64,000 bases of DNA, taken from Botryllus schlosseri (Eukaryota). The stretch lies in NCBI GenBank assembly GCA_051294905.1, contig CM119375.1, positions 558,001-622,000 of the forward strand, read 5' to 3'. The notes below the pieces were generated by a model. The model saw only the letters and a program-made list of their open reading frames with translations, was not told where the DNA came from and ran no database searches. Shown in pieces: positions 38,701 through 50,100 of this stretch; position 1 is the first letter of the stretch; each line of letters starts with the position of its first letter. Both the position numbers and the translations under genes were made by a program.

Positions 38701-41700
38701 TAATTCCTTATATCTTCCGTTCTACACGTCGTAAGCAGAAACTGTTGTCGTTTTAGAGTAGTTGTTGATCGCAAGAGTTCATTGCGACCATAATATCGGG
38801 AATTAGTTGGGTAGAACACGCTTCAAATTGGTGTGAAATAAAGCAATAATCTGTTATGTGAAAAATGCCGCGCACGTATGAGCATTGCCGCATAAAGCCA
38901 TATACATTCACTTACGATTGCCTTATACAGTTGAATGTCACACACATAGTTAGATGCAGTCCATAACACTTCAACAAGATCAGTATCACGAAGGTTGGTC
39001 TTATATAAGTTACACGACGCCAGTGCTAAACACTGCAGACATGGGTGTGTAAGTTGGCGCGAGTGTACGGTACTAGCGCCTGTAATAACAACATCATACA
39101 GACAGTTGAATCATCCGTTTTATATGTTATACGAAGTTACTGTAGACTTCAATGAATAGATGGTGATCATATGCCCATATACTGACGAACCTGTATCGGA
39201 CATTCGATGTGTAGAACACGTTTCAAATTGATATGAAATGAAGCAACATGTGAAATCGCGCGCCTATGAGATGTGTCAAACAAGGCACTTCCGATGGCCT
39301 TGTACAGTTGCAAATTGAACATTTTGTTAGTTATGTACGATCAATAGTATCTATAAGATCAGTAACATGGATTTGGACTTATATATAACTGGACCAGGCA
39401 AAGCCAAATAAACACGAATTACAACGCGCGTTGCCTCATCCGCGATGACGTAATCAGCGGCGGCCGTGAGTAACGCTTATAACGAAAACTTCCCAGTCGT
39501 GGTGCGCACGGCTGCATAAAGATTTCAAGCTCAGTAATGTCTTGTTTGAATACGGAAATTGATATGTAAGACAACCACGTGGTCATTCACCATGGGAAGG
39601 ATTATGTATCACGTCACGTGAAAACGAAAAACAAATTTATCGTTTACTTTTGAGAAATCGCGTAGACTGGTTTGAATATCATCGGCACCTCTCTCGCCTG
39701 TGTCTTCCGAGTAGCTCAGTTGGTTAGGCTGCTATTTCCTGATCACGGCGATATATTGGGCGTCGGTTCAAGTCCAGTTGTTCGCGTTTTATGAACTTTT
39801 TGGTTGATGCATTAAAATTTGGCCTGGAGGCCGACCGCGGGAGTAGGGTTAATGAACAAAATACTCAATTTTTGAAAGTTTATAAAAAGATAATTCAAAT
39901 CTATAAAAAAAACTTCAGACAAGATGAACTGACCCAAATTTTCGAGAAGCCACTTAAATTTTTTTGGTGACAATAAAAAATGATAGATTTAGCTGAGCTC
40001 CTTCACTTTTTCGCAGGACATCCAAGCCCAGGACCGAGCCCATCGTATCGGGCAGACCAACGAAGTCCGAGTCTTGCGTCTCATGACGGTCAACTCCGTG
40101 GAAGAGAAAATCTTGGCAGCGGCTCGGTAGAGTTCTCTCCTATTGCGCGGTTGCACTTTGCTGAGCGAATGTTCCTTGGTCAGGTACAAGCTGAACGTGG
40201 ACTCTAAAGTGATTCAGGCGGGGATGTTCGATCAAAAATCCACGGGCAGCGAGAGACGGGCTTTCTTGACTGAGCTTATCAAACAGTCTGCTGACGATGA
40301 GGTGTGTCTGTCTGTCTGACTCTCCCTTCTATTTAATTTTGTCATTGAAATGATTTTAAAAAATAGCTGAAATTCTATGTTCTTTTTTCATTAATTGTGT
40401 CTGTCTAAGGTTATAAATAAAAATAGCTGGCAATATTTGACGTAAATTTTATGAATTTTTTCATGAATTGCATCCGAGGTTGTAAGTATGACTGAATTTT
40501 CTAAATTTTACATTCATTTGTGTCTCTCTGTTTGTCAGGACGAGGATGAAGTCCCAGACGACGAGACAGTCAACCAAATGATAGCCAGGACTGAAGAGGA
40601 ATTCGAGCTCTTCCAGCAAATGGACATCGACCGCAGACGACTCGAAGCTCGGGACCCAAACAGGAAACCGCGACTCATGGAAGAGGTGCGTGGCTGTTGA
40701 AGACTAGTTTTTTTGTCAAAATTTACTGGTTCGATTTTGACCTGTAGAAGCATTGGTATAAGAGGAGTAAGATTTGTGAAATATAGTATTGCGGTGAAAA
40801 ATTCTGCCATTATTTATCAGAAAATTATTTGAAAACTATCTTAAATATATGTATGTACAAACGATTACTCTAAAAGTTTTCTGAAAAATGGTATTTACGA
40901 TAGAAAATTCGGGCATTTTTTTTAATTATTAAATGATAGAATTTTCCACTGTAAATACTGTATTTTCATATCCAAAATTCCATCAATATTTATTAAACTA
41001 TTGTAAATTTGAAAAGTAGTATTCATGGTGGAAAATTCTATCGGTATTTATTAGAACATTATTAAAAAATTGTTAAATGAGAGAACTTCTTCCCATTGGA
41101 AATACTTCTATTTCTTCGTATCCAATATTTTCTACTGTAATAACTTCGCCTCTGACATCTTGAATTATGCCAAATTTAATGTCCAGCTTTTTTTTAGCCA
41201 ACCCAACAATTTTATGGGGTAGCCAGTTAAACCGAAAATAAATTTCCATTGTTTTATAGTAAGTTTTAAAATTTCCATTCCTATGGGTTGGAACTGTGCC
41301 AAGTTTGATATGCAATGGAAAATTTTTCTTTTTATTCAATAATATTTTATTCAGGACGAGCTGCCGTCTTGGCTTCTGGCGACTTCTGAAGATGTGGAGC
41401 GTTTGACCAACGCAGAAGAGACGGACAAGTTGTTCGGGCGGGGCTCCAGGGTCAGGAAGGAGGTTGACTACTCAGAGTCGCTCACCGAGAAGGAGTGGGA
41501 GAAGGTGGGCAGTTTTAATGGCTCGAATTTGACACCAAAAATGTCAAATTTTGTAAATATTTTCCGTGTTTTTTTCAAATTTGGAATGATTTTACATTTT
41601 TTGCCAGAAATGGAAATTGTAAAGTAAGATTAAAAAAGAATTTCATGGTTCAAATTTGAACCTCGAAATTGAACCTGATGTTCTCAAATTTTTTTCATAA

Positions 41701-43894
41701 ATTTTTATCTTGAAATTTCTGCTTTTTCCTGTTTTTAGCTGATTGTACTTGTGCTTGGACAGTTTTCAGCTAAAATTACTTCTTTTCACACTGGAATTTA
41801 TAAAGTAGAAAGTACCTCTGGAACCTCTTTGCATCACTTATATGAGCGATAGTTATTTTTAAAATTCTTTTGTTGAATTTTCTCCATGAAATCTCGAATC
41901 GAAAAGTATCGGAAACTTTATATCCAATTCCAAATCGATCCAAAATATGGAATCTGAAAATCTGGCATTTTTTTCAAGTTTTAAAACCCCGTTTTCCAGG
42001 CAATACAAGACGGGGTGGACGTGGACGAGCTGGAGGAGCAGAAACGTCGCAAGAAGCAGAGGAAGAGAAAACGGCTCGAGGACGACTCTAAATTTGAGTC
42101 CAGCTCAAAGAAGAGGCGGGGCCGTCCCCCGGCCGAGAAATTGACCCCGAACCCGCCAAAATTGACCAAGAACATGAAGAAGATTGTGGACCACGTCATT
42201 CAACACACAGATAGGTAAGTGCTTCATTACTGGCCGCAATTTTCTCCTATTTCCACTGTCTCACATGAATTTTCAGCTCCGGCCGACGTCTTAGCGACCC
42301 GTTTATGCAGCTGCCCCCTCGCAGGGACCTCCCCGATTACTACGAGATGATACGTAGGCCGGTGGACATCAAGAAGATTCGGGACAGGATCAAGCAGCAC
42401 AAGTACAGGAGCCTGGACGACTTGGAGAGGGAGTTTATGACGCTGTGCAAGAATACGCAGACCTACAACATGGAGGGGTCTTTGGTAAGTGATTGTTGGA
42501 TTGTTTCTTTTTTGCGTGCTGCCAACTTTGCTACTACGATAGAAACAAAACTAAGGTCGTGAATTAAGTAGAAAGTCTTTTTGGTGGCCGTGTGGCCCCC
42601 CTAACCGCAAAATTTGAAAGTCAATGACTAAAAATAGGTTATTTCCATTCCCTGTCCTGGTCGTGGCCTCATTTTGTTGACTAAGAAGCTATTTGGTGAC
42701 TAAAAAAAAGGTCATCATTTTTCATTATGACCTGTTGCTGGCACTGGAATTGATAGACTAAATCGTACAGGACAATGTCGTTTTACCAGATTTTGAAAAT
42801 CTGAAAATAGGGCACATTTTCAAAATTTTCAAACTTGCAAAACCGGAGGAAAATCCTGAAAAAATGGTAAATTTTTTTCCACTTCGCGGTCGGTTGACTG
42901 AAAAAAAAGAAAAGGTCAACTTTCCGGCCCAGCTCCCGCAATATCCACTGGGTGCGTTACTACAGTGCTGAATTATTGTATCTCAGTCGAATTTTGCCCT
43001 ATATTTAACCAGTATTCTCAAAAAAGAAGACATTTGGGCGTCCTCCAAGAGGACACTTTCAAAAAAGTCAAAAAGAGAGGACAAATCCTCTTGAAAGAGG
43101 ACGTATGGCAACCCTACAAAAGATGCTTGTTCTCCGGGATTTGGCAGTGAATCTGAGTTGGATACTGTAGAAATGACAAGATTTTCCTTCATCATAACTA
43201 GTTCCATATCTGAAATTCAATGAAAAGAATAAATTCTAATTTATAATCAGTTACCGTGAGAGGTCGAAGTGGAAGCGCTGTGTTACCGTTAACCTTTCTT
43301 TTCACAGATCTACGAAGACTCGATCAAACTGGGTACGGTTTTCACGTACGCCCGCGAGACTCTGGAAAAGACGGGGCAGTTGCCCCCCGCGACCGGGCGT
43401 TCTGACGCGGCCAGTGGCGATAACGATGATGACGCAGAGTCCGTAAAGCAGAATGAAGCCAGTGGAGATGAAGTTGATGAACGTACGTTGAATAAAATAA
43501 ACAAATAGCTCTCAAAATGCCCAGTTGGGTAAAACTATTTACTTTTACGCTTTGAATTTTGTAAAGTAAAAACTGGTTTCCGCACTTTCATCGGTGAAAT
43601 TTCGATCAACTCGCTTGAAGTTGAAACTTGAAGCTTCTTGAAGACTCTCAAATCTGTCTCTAAACCGACTCTCTCTCCCTCAGCTCTGAAGATGAAAATC
43701 CGATTGTCCAAGGAGGGCTCGGAAACTTCGACTCCTGCCAAATTCAAGGTCAAAAGCAAGAGGCCAAAAGTCATCTCGGACGACGAAGATTTCTCCGTTA
43801 GTTCCATCACAGTTTTTCCAAATTTGATTTTTCATTTTTTTTTCAATTCACATTCTTATTCTCTTTCCAGGAACAATCATCTGACGAAAATTGA
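23794..43894 (+). CDS. SMARCA2/4: SWI/SNF ATPase SMARCA2/SMARCA4 (brahma ortholog), 30 exons
   Basis: Exons: 23794-23872, 23983-24072, 24260-24396, 25262-25427, 26047-26248, 26861-27045, 27287-27348, 27411-27541, 28799-29015, 29601-29753, 30173-30451, 31034-31186, 31247-31315, 31764-31901, 32509-32672, 33488-33665, 34925-35281, 35738-35837, 36790-36931, 37250-37392, 37822-38009, 40017-40126, 40184-40301, 40539-40685, 41355-41504, 42000-42214, 42277-42484, 43308-43482, 43684-43796, 43871-43894. Domains in order: P/Q-rich N-terminus with DPRY, QLQ, HSA, BRK, SNF2 ATPase ([14 protein letters not shown]), helicase-C ([26 protein letters not shown]), SnAC, AT-hook (KRRGRPP), bromodomain ([11 protein letters not shown]...YNMEGS). 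Confidence 0.97.
24465..24938. mobile_element. MITE with TIR CAGGGTTGTAA and gactcgagtca subterminal repeats
   Basis: cagggttgtaa ... ttacaaccctg. Related pieces at 9040-9210, 11345-11426, 15620-15860, 18350-18660 and 28700-28770. Confidence 0.7.
27565..28668. mobile_element. Non-autonomous hAT element in brahma intron 8
   Basis: TIR CAGTGGTTCCCAACCT / AGGTTGGGAACCACTG and a perfect 8-bp TSD TTCTATAT. Confidence 0.9.
29505..29550 (+). repeat. Divergent hammerhead-family copy in brahma intron 9
   Basis: aattactcCCGATGAgagtcagtcGAAAgcttatagta; variant core CCGATGA and a different palindrome (AAGCTT). Confidence 0.55.
29886..29928 (+). ncRNA. Minimal type I hammerhead ribozyme motif, intact core, sense strand in brahma intron 10
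   Basis: ACCC-CTGACGA-G[TGTCAGT]C-GAAA-ATATT-C-GGGT. Upstream TTGACA can pair with loop-2 TGTCAG. Confidence 0.75.
33860..34830. repeat. About 79-bp intronic minisatellite (about 12 units) with a 199-bp higher-order duplication
   Basis: Unit resembles aatttggaaaagctaaaaatttcctagttgcccaacaaatttcaagtttttgcgaattcagtaattctaattgtaatgt. 34461-34600 recurs 199 bp downstream. Confidence 0.85.
38488..39848. mobile_element. piggyBac-like non-autonomous element in brahma intron 21
   Basis: Flanked by TTAA at 38484-38487 and 39849-39852. Ends CCCTTTCGCCGCGGG and CCGCGGGAGTAGGG form an imperfect TIR starting CCCT. No transposase ORF. Confidence 0.7.
39705..39790 (+). pseudogene. tRNA-like Pol III promoter remnant inside the piggyBac-like element
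   Basis: A box TAGCTCAGTTGG, B box GGTTCAAGTCC and a downstream TTTT; acceptor and T stems do not pair. Confidence 0.5.
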
Positions 43895-44005
43895 AGATTT
43901 TGAAGATTCCCGTTTTTTGTGAAGGGTCGATTTGGAAGGACGCATGAAATTGTCTTCCTACGATGACGTGAATTGAGATTGGAAGTCGTTTTTTTTTGTA
44001 CTGAA

Positions 44006-44011
44006 AATAAA
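44006..44011 (+). terminator. Polyadenylation signal of SMARCA2/4
   Basis: AATAAA about 110 nt after the TGA, followed by U-rich sequence. Confidence 0.55.
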
Positions 44012-44274
44012 AGAATTGCTTCTTGAAAATACGGTTTTGTCTTTTGTTGCAATGTGCGCAGTTTGTGAGGATGACGTCTATGTGAAATAGTCTTAAGTAG
44101 TGGTCCAGATAGATAATCTTTGTTTTTCAAACTTTACGAACCCTTGCGCTAGCATACAAGCCTTTGACAAAGTTCAAGTCACAAAAAACTACCGCATTAC
44201 GTGGCTAATATACTGCTACATAATGCTAATGCGCAAAATCAGCTGAAAAAACTCTTAGAGGTGCACAACTGCAA

Positions 44275-44345
44275 TATACAATTGAATAGTATTTTCATGT
44301 TGAAATATACCCGAATATTCTCGTCTGTTCAGATCAGTAATATTT
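44275..44345 (-). repeat. Degenerate hammerhead-family copy
   Basis: Minus strand reads ctgatctgaacagacgagaatattcgggtatatttcaacatgaaaatactattcaatt. Confidence 0.6.
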
Positions 44346-44384
44346 CAAATTCCTCCCGATCAAAACACTACAAGATTGTGATAG

Positions 44385-44580
44385 AATGAAAAAGAGGGAA
44401 GGTGTCGAAACGACTTGGTACTAGTCTTTGGAATCAGACACCCATCTTGGCGTAGGCTATGTAAAGAGGAGGCATGCACGCATTGCACAGTGCACACGGA
44501 ATGAAAAGTAAAAGAAGATAGTATAGAAAAGCAAGCGGTAAAAATGGGGGCATGTCACGGAATGCGAGTATTGATTCAGT
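44385..44580 (-). mobile_element. LINE 3' UTR fragment
   Basis: Reverse complement of the family UTR, just downstream of brahma. Confidence 0.75.
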
Positions 44581-44814
44581 AGACTGAGTAGAGTCTTGTA
44601 CGAATCTTGAATAGGGCAAACTGGACATCGTCGTACGAATACCGTTCCACAGTTATGGTACTGCATACTTGACAGAACGATCGTTTTCCATGCTTACTAT
44701 GTAGTTGTGCATCAACAACAGTGTTGAACGAATGAAGGAATGTTAACATGACATCTGCTCAAAATATATAGATGTTTATGAAATATTTCCTGTAAATCAG
44801 TGCGATTTCTGCTG

Positions 44815-45622
44815 TATGACTAGCGAGACAGCATGGGTTCTTCTGATACTCTTTAAATCCTTAATCCAATCGAAGTTACATTATGGCATCCTGTGTTGGG
44901 GGGCTGCCAGTAAAACTGCACTCAAGCCACTGCAAAAACTACAGCTTAAAGTACTCCGAATCATAGCTAGAGCCCCAAAGGGGCCTGGTTGCCCAATGCC
45001 CATCCAACAAGTCGCTGCTGAAGAGATTCGGCGTCCTAAACATAGAAGATATGCGGAAACTAGAAATCGCCAAGTATATGTATCAGTTCCACTGCGGTCG
45101 TTGCCCCGAATATTTCAATGATTTCTTTACCTCGGAATCAAAAGCGCACAAGTACAACACACGCGCGTCCACGTCGTCCAAATATCATATGATCGACCGA
45201 AAAGATCATCGCTCTATCAAATATGCCGGACCTGGTGTGTGGAACAGTATCCCGCCGGCCATCCGACAGTCGACGAGCATGTCCAGTGTCCACATTCAAG
45301 ACGAAATACAAGCAATTACTATTAAATAAATACAGTCCATCCTCAAGATTACCGGACCACGACTGACCTATCGATCTCGCTTCCCATGACATGCCGCCCT
45401 ATTTCTTTTCGCTTTCTTTTTCTATGCTATCTTCTTTGCTTTCATTCAGTGTGCAATGTGCATGCCTCCTCTTTACTACGCCTAGGCCAAGGTGGGTGTC
45501 TGATTCCATTGACAAATCCAAGTCGCTTCGACATCTTCTTGTCTATTCATTGTATCGCATTTTTTGTGGTGTATTGAACTGATAAAATTGCTAATAAACC
45601 AATGATGTTGATGATGATGATG
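44815..45622 (+). mobile_element. 5'-truncated CR1/L2-group LINE: frameshifted RT C-terminus, 3' UTR and (GAT)n tail
   Basis: Peptides SKLHYGILCWG, LKPLQKLQLKVLRII, YQFHCGRCPEYFNDFF and SIKYAGPGVWNSIP, typical of the end of CR1/L2-group ORF2. About 290-nt UTR ending ctaataaaccaatgatgttgatgatgatgatg. Confidence 0.85.
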
Positions 45623-45673
45623 AAATGACAGAATGCGAAATTTCCATATGCAGGCGAGACGAAAAAACTAAGG

Positions 45674-45746
45674 CGCCCAACGTGGGGCTCGAACCCACGA
45701 CCGTTGGATTAAGAGTCCAACGCTCTACCGACTGAGCTAGCCGGGC
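45674..45746 (-). tRNA. tRNA-Lys(CTT)
   Basis: Minus strand reads GCCCGGCTAGCTCAGTCGGTAGAGCGTTGGACTCTTAATCCAACGGTCGTGGGTTCGAGCCCCACGTTGGGCG (73 nt). Perfect anticodon stem TTGGA/TCCAA around CTT, intact A and B boxes, and a T6 Pol III terminator at 45662-45667. Confidence 0.97.
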
Positions 45747-46994
45747 GACGTCGTAAGTTTCATCAAGAAAGCTATATAATATTTATGCTCTCTATCATCG
45801 ATAAATTGTCTTTTCTTCATTGGTTCTACTTATACGGATGCCAATAATGTTGGTTCATTCTTTTATGTTCCTGGATGTGTACGAGCCAATTTCTGGGTTG
45901 GTTGATTGACTTTACCGAGACTTGTTTCTTTCTTTTGGCGAAATATTAGTATCCGGAATTGGCAAAATTTGTAACAACTTTAAACAGAGTGATGTATGCG
46001 ACGCGCGAAAGCCAAGTTTTGAATTGTCTTTGTAAACATGGACTCCATACGACGAAAATCCGCGCGAAAACTCACACCAGCCTACAAAACTCCCATCACT
46101 TGAAACTGGAATCAAGAGACAAAGGTCGAGATGAGTGCTACACAATGACGAGTAAAGGGTTTAGAAATGGTTGGCGGGAGGGTTTACGCTGTAGCAAGGA
46201 ACGCACATTTTTACGATGCATTCCAGCACGTATTATTGTTTTGGACGATAAACTCGACAATATTGCAAACGCAGAGAAGACAGAATGGACTGCGAAACAA
46301 CTTTTCATCGGCCTATCATAGTGAATTGAATGGATGCGTCGATTTTCGTCGCATCACTCGACTGAAACGAAAAGCACGTTTTATCGAAATCATCCGATGC
46401 TTTGAACTGATACAAATACAAAATATACGCACGAACAAATGACGCCAAGGTCATAACTGGCTTTAATGGCATTAGCACTTTAGCAAAGAGTGAATCTTAT
46501 ATCGGCTCGATCATCCATACTCTATATTTTATCCATTCGTTCGATCGACTGCTTGTGTCTTTCTACCTCCCATAGCGAGACAAAGGCACGCACGCATACA
46601 CTTGCGTTAACCATGTCCTCTTTACATTTTTTGAAAGTGTCCTCGGAGGACGCCTAAAGGACCTCTTTTTTGGGAATTTCTCCTCTTTTTTGAGAATTTT
46701 GGTTGAATGTACGTGGAAATTACAGTCTTGTGATGTTTTGAAGTGATGAAATTTTATGAATAAACTTGAACTTGAAATTGGACTGAGACATGGGAAATCA
46801 GCGGCCAAGCAACACCAATTTTCCCAGATTTTAGTCCAGTATTGTACCTCTGAAAATTATGAAAAAGTGTCCTCTTTTCACATTTCCAAAATATGGTAAC
46901 CCTTGCATACACAGATACACGGACTCTCGGAAAGTTTGGCACGTTTCCGATCAATGCACTCAGATGCACACTGCACGGCTCCCAATCAATGGCA

Positions 46995-47110
46995 AATTAT
47001 GTGTCTGATTCCACAGGTTACATCAAATCTTTTCGACACCTTCATCATTGGTCATTGTATCACAGTTTTGTGGTGTTTTGAAATGATGAAAATGTAAATA
47101 AACTGATGCT
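46995..47110 (+). mobile_element. LINE 3' UTR fragment (diverged)
   Basis: Contains gtgtctgattccac, ttcgacaccttc and cattgtatcacagttttgtggtg. Confidence 0.6.
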
Positions 47111-50100
47111 GATACTGCTCATGCTCAGTGACGAAAACTCATTGCCCTTCGCAAACTCGGATTCAGCGGTGCATGACTAGAAGCATGTAAAGTTACGCCA
47201 TTCAATCAAAAATATAGAACTTCAGAGGTGTTGATGAAAAAATTATGATACATATTTGATAAAATGTAACTGAACGAATATGCAGCAACATTCCGATCTG
47301 CGATGTTTTTAGATGGCACGTGGTGTACGATGACGTTACGCAATTGCGCGCCAATCATCCTTAACCGCATGGTCTCTTGTGAGTGGGATTTTTCGATGGG
47401 GTTTCCCATTCACCCCAACGAGTCATGGCGTGGAGTCAGAGTGTTGGAAGGTCCGCCGTAAATAAGCTTCTTTGCAAATGTTTTCGGTGGTAAGTCGATC
47501 CAAGTTGTTGGACTGATCTAAGCTTGGAATTAGATGTGTGTATATACATTCGTTCGTTCCGTATTAACCTCCTACGGTATACTTCTATCAGTTTTAAAAT
47601 GTAGCAATTTCAAGAACTTGAGGAGCTTAACGTCAAACTGCCTATTCGATATCATTAATGTAATTTCATCTGATTTCAGATTATTAATAGTTGTTGGAAA
47701 CTAATCCAGATGACACTGCATAATAATGTACGATTCAACGGAACTGTGATGATTATTATTTTCTATGAATGATGATAGGATTCATGCGCAGTATAATTCT
47801 TGTTGTCAAATAGCATCCAGGTATAGTATTGTTTGCTGGACACTTGAATCAGTTTTCAACAATAACCAACATTATCATGTGCTAGGCCAGGCTGTTTATT
47901 TAGGTTTTTGATATGCAATGTCAGCAATGACTGTAAATTTTATCTCGCATAAGAGTTGATGGCTAAAGTGTGACATTACTCTGTATAACTGTTGGCGGAA
48001 AATTGAGTTGTGTAGTTTTTCTGTTATATAAATTGAAAATGATCAGCAAAACAAATACTATAAGAGTTAAGTGTCGCCGCTTGAACTCTAGAAGCATACA
48101 AGATGTGTATGATTGAAATAATATGCCTCGTTGCATCATTATCGCTACACTAAAAAATGCTGCTGTATTGTCAGGGGTGAGGGGTCTGGAATATTTGAAA
48201 TATATCTTTTGAATACAATCATTGCGTCTTGTTCTCTGTAATTAATTACTAACTCCCCAGACTGAAAACAGCTACTGCTATAAGCGCACGATAGAAAGGT
48301 TTCTTCCATAGAACATATGAAAAATAATAGGCTTTGCGATTTTAAACTTTTGACATTCGTAATAAATCGTTAATTAATAACCTGATTGATCGCGTCAATA
48401 TGAAAATATCCTAGAGTGGAATCGGTGGCAACGTCACACAGAATTTTCTGTTTGAGTACTCAATTGTTCCCTGCAGAAAAGCTCTCATCACACAGGATGT
48501 ATTTCATAAAATGAACCGAGATTCCACAGGGGAAAGTATCCAGAGTGGAAACAGTTTCAAAAATTTCAGAATTATGTAATAGTATATGCGGTTGATAGTT
48601 TAATCATATTGTAGAATTTGCCACTGTAAATACTATTTTTTCAAATGTTCAATTTTTAATTTTATCTACCTGAATTATGTATAGCATGTTGCATACTTCC
48701 TGCTCTTGAAGGATGACACCTTGAATTGTTGTATTGACTTTGATTCCAAACTATTTTACGGTAATGCAACTGATCTTTTTATTATAAGACAACACAAATT
48801 TACGGGACTGTTATTGCAGCAAATATCATTTCTTGCATTTTCACTCACGGGAGAAGTTTTGGCCTCCGCACAAGCCGCCTGTATAAAACTAAGTCAATTA
48901 TATGGCCACCGAATGTATATTGTGAGATGAAGGTAATAATTTTTCATGCTGTAAGAAAGTTGTGACTTGTTGCGATGACCATTACTGGTCATCATTTTTC
49001 AAACGACTACCAATTTTCTATTGATGTTTATTTCACCTCAATCAGTTTTTGCTCTTGTCCGCAGTTGGCATTTATAGATGAAATGTTTTTGAATGACTAA
49101 CTACTGTATCGAACGCTATCCTGTCTATATTGATAAATTCAATATTATTATTAATCTGGTACCTGCTTGCTACATCAGTGCATAATCCAAGCTTACTAGA
49201 AACTAGATGTTGGGTCATCCTCGCCATGATATTTCAAACAAACTATCATTCAAACTATAAATGTGCATTATACAAGGAACAATATGAACATTAGGGGTGT
49301 TTTTAAATAACTCTTTTTATCAGATTGTACTGGCTAAATTGAAGTCTGCACACCAAGTACGGTTCAATTGCAACCAGTAGCCGCATTGCTACAAGAGAAG
49401 AAAGTTTTTTATTTATGATGAAAAAAATTCAAAATGTTCTGTTCTCTCCCCCCCCCTCCATGAAATAGTTAGGTTGTCTATAGAAACGATGCTCTCAGAA
49501 AATTCAGCTAAAAGTGGATTTGTTGCAGTCGAAAAATTTGGATTTGAATAAAATGTATTCAATTAACGGTGGCCAGGTTACTATTTTATTCATATCCAAA
49601 TTCTTCGCTGGTTTGAATTGAGCCAAATTTGGTGGGCATCGTTTCTGTAGAACACCTAGCAATTTCATGTGGTGAGCAGAAAATTTTATAAGCAATTTTA
49701 TTCAATTTTTACATAATAAATTCAAATCCTACTTCTCTTGTAGCAATTTGGCTCCTGGTTGGAATTGAACCAAATTTGGTGTGCATAGTTTTTCTAGCCA
49801 ACCCAACAATTTTCTCAACCCTAATCAACATAGATGGTCAAAATATCAGTTTACCTTGTGATGTTATTATGAATTTGATGTTATCAATGCAATAGTAGTG
49901 GAGTTAAAGTAAATCCAAAAAGTAGGCAAGTAACCAGAAATAGCAAATGTAATGAAAGTATGGAAGTCTATGAAGTAGTATAGCTGACACAAACCTTTTG
50001 CATTACAGATATCTCGCAGCAACCAAACCTCTGACTGCTATTTTATATGTATATGGTACTGGCACAGTTGTATTTCATTCTCCAAAATTAGCGACTCTAT

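Noticed and set aside
39705-39790. Functional tRNA gene
   Set aside because: Acceptor and T stems do not pair; kept only as a promoter remnant.
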